Source: Selaginella moellendorffii
Lineage: Eukaryota > Plantae > Lycopodiophyta
Direction of reading: 5' to 3'
DNA: 64,000 bases
Assembly: GCF_000143415.4 (NCBI RefSeq)
Contig: NW_003314372.1
Location: 334,210 to 398,209, forward strand
The notes beneath the pieces are model-generated. The model had not been told where the DNA came from. It did no database searches and saw nothing but the letters and a program-made list of their open reading frames with translations. Of the stretch, positions 39,318 to 50,300 are shown in pieces; the first letter of the stretch is position 1, and each line of letters opens with the position of its first letter. The translations under genes were made by a program, and so were the position numbers.

Positions 39318-40246
39318 TGCTGTTGCAATCTTCATTAGTTGAGCTTGGCACATTTTGTCATGTAGTCAGTTGCTATGAAGATATGTTTGTTTCACTTAAA
39401 GCTTATTATGAGTGGTCCAATAAAGTCAAGCTCCCATCATTGAAATGGTTCCAATGATATTATTGAATGAAGCTCTTGAGTTTGTTTCTTCAGTGCGTAC
39501 TTGGTTTGTTGACAAATGTCACATTCTTGACAAAGTTTTACTGAGTCATGCCAAAGTGTTGGCTACCAAAGTCTTGCTTGCAAAATTTTTTGAGTTGTGA
39601 ATTCTTCTGCAAAGTGACCTCCTGCTTGTCCATAGTGGCTTCTTTTAGTAGATCTTGAGTTTCTTTAGGTTATACACATCTTCGTTATATATTGTCTTGC
39701 CCTTTCTTGTACAGTCTTCCTCCCACAACTAAATATGTTATTGTCCTCAAAACAAATTGCTTATAGTGATTAGAGGTGGAGAATCGACTTGGCATTCTTG
39801 CTGTTGTGAGGTAGTAGTAAATATCATCCATGTTGATGATGTGTGGATGTGAAGTATATTGGAGTCAGAATTGTCATCCATGTTGTATTTCGGTTGTTTG
39901 CAGGTTGTAATGTGGCTGAGATGGTCAACTTGTTCATGTTGTTTGCCATGCTTATGAATAATCTCGAAGTGGTATTCTTGAAGTAATAAGAACCATCGAG
40001 CAATTCTACTGGTGATGGTTTTGTTAAGGAGGTGTAAAAGTGCTTTATAGTTGACCATGATCTTGACTTTGGTGCCGAGTAGGTAGTGTCAAAATTTTTG
40101 TAGTGCATAGACCATTCCTAAGGCTTCTTTTTTGGTGGTGGTGTAGTTCATCTCAACTAAGTTGAGTCTTCACCTAGCATAGTAGATTGGTCAATCTTTG
40201 AGGTTTTGTTATTGTTGAGAAAGTATTGCTCTAATGGCATAATAGG
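39318..40246 (-). pseudogene. Family D gypsy RNase H and integrase Zn-binding remnant (non-chromoviral, Athila/Tat-like)
   Basis: NYTTTKKEALGMVYALQKF, SRIARWFLLLQEYHFEIIHKHG, GGHFA...KILQA...CQECDICQ across frameshifts. Confidence 0.75.
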
Positions 40247-41156
40247 AGGCTTGGGATTTAGAGGGTCCCATAATCAAGCCTTATTGTACCAAGGGATGTT
40301 AGGAATCTAAAGGCTTGGTGTGCTTTGCTACTTGTGCCTGTGGGGATTGTAACCGAACCTTAAGTCTAGTCTAACTCAAGGAGAGGGATTGGGAGAAATT
40401 GGGAATTTGTGAATGGATGGCTAACACTTTGTTGCTCGTGCAGTGAGTAGCTGAAACTAAGTAGGACCAAGTAAGAGCTGGTACAATAGGTGGGAACCTT
40501 GGCGAGATAACTTAGCTAAAGCCATGGCAGTGTTGGTTGGATAAATGAGGTAAGCTAGCAAATTGGAAAGGAAAAATTTGTGGCTTACAATTTGGTATTA
40601 GAGCTTTTTCCTTTGTTCTAGCAAAGGATAAAGGCAGATTGCTGGGAGATGGCAAAGGTAGGGCATAAACAAACCAAGGCAGAGATGGAACCTCCTCTAG
40701 AGTTGGAGCCTCCGATCAAACAAGAGGTTATGGATGAAGAATCTTTGCATGAAGAGGACTCCAGTGACTCCGGACTAATGGTGCAGTGGCTGGGTGAACC
40801 AAGGACTATAAAGTTTGTTCAAGGTAGCCAAAGCACTAATGAGGTACTTCAACAAGCAAGAGTCAAAGTTGGGACATGGAAAGTAGACATAGATTTGACC
40901 ATGTTGGACATAGCGGGATTTGATGTAATCTTCAGGATGGATTGGTTCAATTAGTTCTTAGTAGCCCTACATAGATAATGTAGGAACCTTGTGGTACTAG
41001 CGAATACGTAGGGAGAACAATCTAGGATGGAGACCCAAAATCTAAAGGTAGGGCAATGTAAGGCTAAAGACTCCTACTTGAACTTAATATCCATAAGAGG
41101 ACAATTTACTAAAGGCACCAAAGCAGCATTTTTGTACTTACTCTCGGTGAGGAGTG
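40247..41156 (+). mobile_element. Family C fragment: LTR 3' part (to 40589), PBS 40593-40604, gag start fused by deletion to protease
   Basis: ORF 40649-40954 joins MAKVGHKQT...EEDSS to GLMVQWLGEPR. Confidence 0.85.
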
Positions 41157-42477
41157 TGTGAGACACAAAATCCCTAGGCCCCAAAGTGGAGCCGGAAAGG
41201 GTGCCACGTGGTAGTGGCTGAAGCGAGAGCCAAACAAGCGTAACACGTTTGGACCAAAAGCTCCAACTTGAAAAGTCAAGAGCGGGAGTGGAACTCCCAA
41301 AGAAGTGCTCAAGGAACGAGCACGAAGCGAGCAAAAAGTGAGGCTCCAAAAAGGGACCCAAAAGGACCAACACATGACACGTGGAAGTGTCCGAGATGGA
41401 CTCGAGTTGGAGTCCGAAGTGGAGTCCAAGATGGACTCGAGTTGGAGTCCGAAGTGGAGTCCGAGATGGACCCGAGTTGGAGTCCGAAGTGGAGTCCGAG
41501 ATGGACCCGAGTTGGAGTCCGAAGTGGAGTCCGAGATGGACCCGAGTTGGAGTCCGAAGTGGAGTCCGAGATGGACCCGAGATGGAGTCCGAGGTGGACC
41601 CGAGATGGACCCAAAATGGAATCCGAGATGGAGTCCGAGATGGACCCAAAATGGAATCCGAGATGGAGTCCGAGATGGAGTTCTAAGTGGAGTCCGAAGT
41701 CGAGACCGAGATCGGGACCGAGAACGAGACCGAGACCGAGACCGAGATCGGGACCGAGAACGAGACCGAGGCCGAGGCCGAGACCGAGCCCGAGCCCGAG
41801 TCCGAGTCCGAGTCCGAGTCCGAGTCTGAGTCCGAGTCCGAGTCCGAGTCCGAGTCCGAGTTCGAGTCTGAGAGGGTGAAAGTCCAAAGCGTTCGTCTCC
41901 CAGACCCTGGGGGGTTTAGTGAGCTCCAAAAGTATAGTAGAGGGGGAGGACTGCAATGGAGCCAGTTTGGCCAGGAAAGGCCAGTTTGGCCCAGGAAGGC
42001 CAGACCCAGTGTTGGGTGATGAACTGACCACTGGGAAGTCCAAGACTAGAGTGAATACGGACCGACAAGCGGGGTAGCTTGGTGAAGTGTTCAAGAGCCG
42101 GCTCTAGTTCCCCCGGGAGATCGACTGGGCGATGCTCCCAGTCCAAGTGTGGGTGGCACTACCTACTTGGATACCAGGTGTGGCTAATTGGAACCTCGCT
42201 CTAAGCCCATGGCTAGAGCACCTAAAGGCGAAAGGTGGGGAGAGTACCCAGGTGGCTCGCGTAAGGCCACGGTGTTCCGAAATGTTGTCCCAAAGGCCTA
42301 GACTATGGAAAGGAAGAGGAGCAATCCTCTGGGGTAGTGACCAAGGACACAGTCGGGTGGTGAGGAAGTCCCAGAGGACCATGGGACTTAGGGGTCGAGC
42401 CTGTGGGCCTTGATCCAGTGGCAGTGTTGGCAAACACGGCCAGGGGCAGAAAGGGACTTGGTAGGAACTGACATAGT
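41157..42477 (+). repeat. Family B LTR, 3'-truncated
   Basis: Starts TGTGAGACAC; repeat array ~41390-41870; abuts the duplicated A pol. Confidence 0.9.
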
Positions 42478-45400
42478 CGGGGATACAACCAATTTATTGG
42501 CGTCCATTTCGGTTAAGTTATGCGGAGGAGCAAGAAGTTCAACGACAATCAAGGAGTTACTTGAGTTTGGATTTATTCAGCCAAGTAAGTCTCCATTTGG
42601 TGCTCCGGTCTTGCTTGTGAAGAAGAAGGACGGTTCAATGCGAATGTGTATTGACTACCACGCTTTGAATAAGAAGACAGTGAAAGATAAGATGCGATGC
42701 CATGTGTGGATGATATCCTGGACAAGCTTGGTGAAGCACGAGTGTTTACCAAGATTGATTTGAGTGGATATCATCAGATTGCAATGGATGATGCATCTAT
42801 TTCCAAGATGGCATTCAACAAAAGCTTCAGACATTTTGAGTTTACAGTTATGCCGTTTGGTTTGACGAATGCACCGGCCACATTTACTCAGTTGATGACG
42901 AAGGTATTTGGGCATTATTTTCATGAGTTTATGGAGATTTTCTTGGACGATATTCTTGTTTTTAGCAAGAATATAGAGGAGCATAGGGTGCATTTGCGCA
43001 AGGTTCTTTTGTTACTTCGAGACAGTAAAGTTTATGCAAAGAAGGCAAATGTGAATTTGCAAAGTCAGAGGTGGAATATCTAGGCCATATTGTGACATCT
43101 ATGGGTGTCAAGACGGATCCAAGGAAGGTGGCTGTGGTGGAAAACTAGCCTACACCAACTATAGTGGCCGAGTTGTGTAGTTTTCTTGGTATTGCTAGTT
43201 ACTACTGACGTTTCCAGCATAAGTTTGCAGAGGTGGCTATTCCTTTGATGCGGTTGTTATGCAAAAATGTGCCATTCGAGTGGAAGAAGCCACAAGAGGA
43301 GAGTTTTGTGGCGCTGAAACAATTGTTGAGCGAGACTCCAGTGCTTCTCATTGCTGATCCATTGAAACCTTACGAGGTGACATGCGATGGGAGTGGTTAT
43401 GCACTGGGAGGAGTTCTCATGCAAGAGGGACAGCCTATTGCATATGAGAGTCGAACTTTGAATTCCGCGGAGCAACGCTATTCCACATATGAGCAAGAGT
43501 TACTCTCTATTGTTCATGCTTTGCGGACGTGGCGGCACTATCNNNNNNNNNNNNNNNNNNNNNNNNNNNNNNNNNNNNNNNNNNNNNNNNNNNNNNNNNN
43601 NNNNNNNNNNNNNNNNNNNNNNNNNNNNNNNNNNNNNNNNNNNNNNNNNNNNNNNNNNNNNNNNNNNNNNNNNNNNNNNNNNNNNNNNNNNNNGGTGGCA
43701 GATGCGTTATCTCGTATTCGTCATGTGACGACATTACAAACACGATTTTGTCATTATTTGAGTAAAGTGGTCAGCGAGTTTGGGCAGTTGGTTGAGCATG
43801 CTCAAGCTCAGGATGCTAAGGTGGCCTCTTTGCGAGACTAGATGGAAGCCCCTTTCTCATTGGTGGATGGGATTCTCTACTACAATGGCCGTGTATATTT
43901 GCTACGGGTGGATGCGTTAATTACTCAAGTTTTATTCCACTATCATGATCGTCTAGAGGCCGGTCATTTTGGGGGGCAGAAGACGTACGAGTTGATTAAG
44001 CGCAACTTTTATTGGAGGAATATGAAGGCTGATATCCTCAAGTATTGTAAATCATGTGAGCTTTTTCAGCGGGTTAAGGTGCCACGGGAGAAGCCGGGGG
44101 GACTTTTGCAACCTTTATCTATTCCTCAAAGCCATTAGTGTAGTATCTCTATGGACTTCATCACTTGTTTGCCACGAACACAGAGGCAGAAGGAGCAAGT
44201 ATGGGTCATAGTGGATCGGTTGACGAAGTATGTGCGGTTGTTGGCTCTTCAGAAGACTGTCACTGCCTCAGACTTGGCTGTGGTTTACTTGGAGAAGGTT
44301 TTTCCTGATTTTGGTTTGCCGGAGGATATCATTAGTGATCAAGATTCAAAGTTCACCAGTGGATTTTGGAAAAGCTTTGCAAAGGCTATGCAAGTGACTT
44401 TGAAACTCTCGAGTGGAGATCATCCTTAGACGGATGGGCAAACCGAGCGTGTGAATCAGGTGGTGGAGGATATGCTACGTTGTAGCATTGGTCAAAGGCA
44501 AGGACAGTGGGATTTATATCTTCCATTGGTGCAATTTGCTTACAACAATAGCCAACACAGTGGAACCAAGCTAAGTCTTTATTTTGCCATGTTTGGAAGG
44601 CATCCTCAAATAGTGGTGGAGTTGGGATTGCATTTGAGTAAGGACGTTCAAGATAAGCTTGATTTTGAGGCAACTGATCTGGCCGTAGAACTTGATGAGA
44701 TCTGGTGGTGTGCAAATGGAATTTGCAAGCAGCTCAGGATAGAGTAGAGAAGTTTGCCAATGAGCATCGCCAATTCCGGGAATATAAGGTGGGTGATCTC
44801 GTCTTTGTGCACGTGCTCTTTCCGTCAAGTGAGCGGTGAAACACCTTGGTGCCTTTACGGACAAGGAAGAGTGATAAACTTTCCTATCGATATGCTGGTC
44901 CATATGAAGTGCTGAAGCGCATTGGTAAAATGGATTATAGGGTGTGGCTGCCAGCTGGGGTGAAAGTTCATTCGGTATTTTATGTCAGCTAGTTGAAAGG
45001 TGTACTATCTCGGAGTGACGGGCCCAATGCCTCCTTGATGTATACGGCTGTGGAAGATGGACCAGGAGCTTGAGCAGAGTTCCCCAGAAAGGGTGATCAC
45101 TGGTACAACTCGTCCTTGGGACAAAGACTTTGTTGGGGGGGAAGAATTGTTAGGCGCCAGCTTTGACTATGTGGTCAACATCGGTCAAAGGGAGGCTCAA
45201 GGGTATATTAAGGCATGTTAGGGTAAGGGAATTAACCTACCCTAGGGCTCACAGTGGAGCGGCGGCGCAATGGAGCTTTTGAGGTACTTCGGGGGTGGTT
45301 AGGAACCTCAAGAGGTGGCGTAGCATAGTCTAGGGCGACTAGATCTTTGTCTTTTTGCGCCAGATCATAACAGATATAGTCTTCATATCTTGTATATCTT

Positions 45401-47363
45401 TGAAGTTTGAAAGAACAATTTTGTTGCTTCATCAATCTTTTACAGTCTTTAAAGTCTTTTTTCAGTGTGAGGAAAATTTTTCTTGAGTGTGTTGAGTCTT
45501 GAGTGTCAAGAATTTTTCTTGAGTATCAAGAAATTTCCCAACTGTCGAAACCTTGAGTGTTCTTGAAGGACAGTTGTAACCACTTTGATTTTTATAGAGA
45601 TATGTGTATTGATCTTCTGCCATTTCCTATTGAATTGGGTAGTCTTTGTATTTTGAGAAATCATATGGACAGCTTTGCCATCTTCTTCCTATTGTCTTGT
45701 CTTTGGAGTAGTCTTGGTGTTTTTTTTTAATCATTTTCTTGTTGGGATTTTACTTCTTTTTGTGATGTATCCTATCCCACCATGGTCGCTAGTGAAAACT
45801 AGGTAGAATTGTTTCTACTAGACGATTATATATGAATGTAAGAGAGAATTTGTTGAAGATGTTTATGAAAAAGAAAGATGGATCTATATGCATGTATATA
45901 GACTACTGGTTGCTGAACAAGTATACAAAGAAGAACAAGTATCCTTTACCAAGGATTGAGGACATATTTGATAGGTTGGGAAAGGCAAAATATTTCTTGA
46001 GGATTCATCTAAGGTTTAGATACTACTAAATCAAGTTAGCAAAGAAAGATGTCGAGAAGACAACTTGTTAGACAAGGTATGGAAGTTTTGAATTTTTAGT
46101 GATGCCCTTTGGGCTATGCAATATATCAGCAATGTTTTCAATGCTGATGGACCATTTTTTTGTACCCTATCTAGATTATTTTGTCATTGTATATATTGAT
46201 GACATCCTGATTTACAACAAGATGCTAGAAGAGCATGCCAAACACTTGACGAAGGTGTTTGAAAAACTAAAGGAACACAAGTTGTATGCTAAAAAGAGCA
46301 AATGTGACTTTTCTTAATAAAAGGTAAAGTTTCTCAAGCATATGGTGAGCAAAGATAGGCTCAAGATAGATCCTAAGAAGGTTCAAGTGATTTTTGGAGC
46401 TATGTAACTACTACCAAAAGTTTATCAAACACTATTTGAAAGTAACCCTACCTTTAATGGACCAAATGGAAAAAGGGAAAATGGTATATACAGCGGAATG
46501 CAAAGTGGCATTTATCCACCTCAAAGGGAATTTGAGGAAAACTCTCATGTTAGCATTACCAGACTTTGCTAAAGACTTTGAGGTAGAAATAGAAACTTCA
46601 AACTTTGTATTGGGTGTAGTTTTGAAGCAAAAAAACTATCCAATGGTGTTCTTCTTGAAGAAATTAGACAAAGCTTAGTGAAAGTGGCCTACTCACAAGA
46701 AGAAATTATTTGTGTTGGTCAAGGTGCTCAAGAAGTGGCAATACTACATTGGAAGACACTTCAAAGTTTACACGAATAATGTGGCAATGAAACACTTTTT
46801 ATCACAACCTGACCTGCGAGGAAAATAGGGTCAGTGGGCCAATACTTTGGCCGTGTTTGATTGCAAGATTCTGTATAAACCTAGAAAGAGCAACATTATG
46901 GCAGATGCTCTAAGTCAAAAAGTAAGCTTGAAGTTGGCAATATCCAATATGACAATAACCTTTTGGGATGATGTGCAAATAGTGTATGAGAATGATAGTC
47001 TAACATAAGAAGTGTTGCTAAGGAACCAAGAGGCATGGGAAGTGCTGTTGCAATCTTCATTAGTTGAGCTTGGCACATTTTGTCATGTAGTCAGTTGCTA
47101 TGAAGATATGTTTGTTTCACTTAAAGCTTATTATGAGTGGTCCAATAAAGTCAAGCTCCCATCATTGAAATGGTTCCAATGATATTATTGAATGAAGCTC
47201 TTGAGTTTGTTTCTTCAGTGCGTACTTGGTTTGTTGACAAATGTCACATTCTTGACAAAGTTTTACTGAGTCATGCCAAAGTGTTGGCTACCAAAGTCTT
47301 GCTTGCAAAATTTTTTGAGTTGTGAATTCTTCTGCAAAGTGACCTCCTGCTTGTCCATAGTGG
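42478..47363 (+). repeat. Near-identical duplicate of 34755-39638 (A RT-RH-IN, A 3' LTR 45148-45372, D and C fragments)
   Basis: Offset ~7723; same junctions and nearly all the same stops; few SNPs/indels. Confidence 0.95.
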
Positions 47364-50300
47364 TGTAAGGGACTAAATTTTCCATTTTACTTTAGTCACT
47401 TAACCACATGTCTGACCACTTGGAGGAGTCTCATTGACAACCTCCATAAGTCCAACTCAGGACTTGGGGCTTGCTAGCCCCGAGAATGGCATCCATGCCA
47501 CTCAACCTTAGCACTTGGTCCAAGTGCTCCACGTGTCCGATCCCATGATCGACACCCCAAGGTATCACCGACGTACCGGCCCGTTACGCTAAGGCCATGC
47601 CCATTTACCTTGGTCACACTGGTGGTCCAACACCACTTGCATCTCCGTCTTGGCCCTCCAAGACTAGGCAAACCATCCCTGAGTGGTCATCTCAGATCCA
47701 CTCCTTAGCATCCTTAGGATGCCCACCGACAAGGGGAATAGCCTTCCCCAATATCCCTCTGTCAGTCCCCACTAAGTCCCTTTCTGCCCCTGGCCGTGTT
47801 TGCCAACACTGCCACTGGATCGAGACCCACAGGCCTGACCACTAAGTCCTACGGTCCTCTGGGACTTCCTCACCACACGACTGTGTCCTTGGTCACTACC
47901 CCAGAGGACTGCTCCTCTTCCTTTCCACAGTCTGGGCCTTTGGGACAACATTTCGGAACACCGTGGCCTTACGCGAGCCACCTGGGTACTCTCCCCACCT
48001 ATCGCCTTTAGGTGCTCTAGCCATGGGCTTAGAGCGAGGTTCCGTTGAGCCACGCCTGGTATCCAAGTAGGTAGTGCCACCCACACTTGGACTGGGAGCA
48101 TCGGCCAGTCGATCTCCCGGGGGAACTAGAGCCGGCTCTTGAACACTTCACCAAGCTACCCCGCTTGTCGGTCTGTGTTCACTCTAGTCTTGGACTTCCC
48201 AGTGGGCAGCTCATCACCCAACACTGGGTCTGGCCTTCCTAGGCCAAACTGGCCTTTCCTGGCCAAACTGGCTCCACTGCAGTCCTCCCCCCACTATACT
48301 TTTGGGGCTCACCAAACCCCCCAGGGTCTGGGAGACGAACGCTTTGGGCTTTCACCCTCTCAGGCTCCGGACTCGGACTCGGACTCGGACTCGGACTCGG
48401 ACTCGGACTCGGATTCGGGCTCGGACTCGGGCTCGGGCTCGGGCTCGGTCTCGGCCTCGGCCTCGGTCTCGGTCTCGGTCCCGATCTCGGTCTCGGTCTC
48501 GGTCTCGGTCCCGGTCTCGGTCCCGGTCTCAGTCTCGACTTCGGACTCCATCTCGGACTCCATCTCGGACTCCATCTCGGGTCCATCTCGGGTCCATCTC
48601 GGACTCCATCTCGGACTCCATCTCGGGTCCATCTCGGACTCCATCTCGGACTGCATTTCGGGTCCATCTCGGACTCCATTTCGGGTCCATCTCAGGTCCA
48701 CCTCGGACTCCACCTCGGACTCCATCTCGGACTCCATCTCGGGTCCATCTCGGACTCCACTTCGGACTCCNNNNNNNNNNNNNNNNNNNNNNNNNNNNNN
48801 NNNNNNNNNNNNNNNNNNNNNNNNNNNNNNNNNNNNNNNNNNNNNNNNNNNNNNNNNNNNNNNNNNNNNNCGGGTCCATCTCAGGTCCACCTCAGACTCC
48901 ATCTCGGACTCCATCTCGGACTCCATCTCGGGTCCATCTCGGACTCCACTTCGGACTCCAACTCGGACTCCATCTCGGGTCCATCTCGGACTCCATCTCG
49001 GACTCCATTTCGGACTCCAACTAGAGTCCATCTCGGACACTCCCACGTGTCATGTGTTGGTCCTTTTGGGTCCCTTTTTGGAGCCTCACCTTTTGCTCGC
49101 TTCGTGCTCGTTCCTCGAGCACTTCGTTGGGAGTTCCACTCCCGCTCTTGACTTTTCAAGTCAGAGCTTTTGGTCCAAACGTGTTACGCTCGTTTGGCTC
49201 TCGCTTCGGCCACTACCATGTGGCGCCCTTCCGGCTCCACTTTGGGGCCTAGGGATTTTGTGTCTCACAACTCCACCACCCATAGACGAAGTTCGATGTC
49301 CTCATCGAACGGTAAACCCTTTCATAAAGTAACACCCACACGTGTTACCATTTCCATCCTTGGCACCTAGCCAATCTTTATCTATGGTTTGACATCAAAG
49401 GCTCACCATGCCTTGTCCATCCTTTAAGGAGCGTAGTCTCTCCAACTTAGAGACTGATTGGACCACATGTAATGGTTCTCTCCTTTTATTGGTTTAGTTT
49501 TCGCTAAACCTCTTAGAGACCCTTCTCTAAGTCAATCCCACTACTCCTTCTCGAGTAGTCTCAATTTCCATCGATATAACCTTTGCACTTTGGAACTTTG
49601 AATTTTGACTTTTTGGAGTCAATTTCCTAGGTGTCTCCAACACCTTGCATTGCACAGTTTGTGCGACTCCACTTCCCTATCCTAGGAAGTTCATTACTTG
49701 AGGGCACCATCATCCTCTCTTCTATTTCGTGCCACCTTGGGCACTAAGTTCCATTTATCACACTTTGTGCTAGGGTTGTCCATCGCCCTATCATTTGGCT
49801 ACCTTACCGCTCCCTCCCTTGGAGCTTCCACTTTCGCCAAATCGGAGCAATTCGGAATCCCTCCTTGGAAACACACTTCCTTTCCCGCAACTTGTTAGCG
49901 TCCAACACATTAGTGTTCCTCGCCTAACTTTGTCACTTGGATTCCTTCCAAGGGATTCCACGGCCCTATCTTGGCCACTCATCTTTTGCTCCTATCCGTT
50001 GATTGTTGCACCAAGCAACATCAAATCTCTACCTCCCTCCTTGAGGTATTGTTTCGGTTCCATAGCAAAGACTCTTCTTTACCAAGTCCGGAGGATGTTC
50101 ACCCCTAGTACGTCTCTTTAGCATCTTCTGCTATGGGCTCTATCCACGGCCCAACTTCGTGACCCTCCCATGGGTCTTTTATAAAGATTACTTTCCTCGG
50201 ACTCACTATGCCATCGCACGGACATAGTTTATTTCCCTTAGGTGCTCTTCCCACTTGGTTATCACGACCAAGCCACACCACCTTAAACAGTTCAATTTCA

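Noticed and set aside
48771-48870. Extra length of the left B LTR, and ORFs spanning N runs (also 19352, 22142, 30851, 43543)
   Set aside because: These are assembly gaps; sequence on either side of this gap appears to overlap, so the length is unreliable
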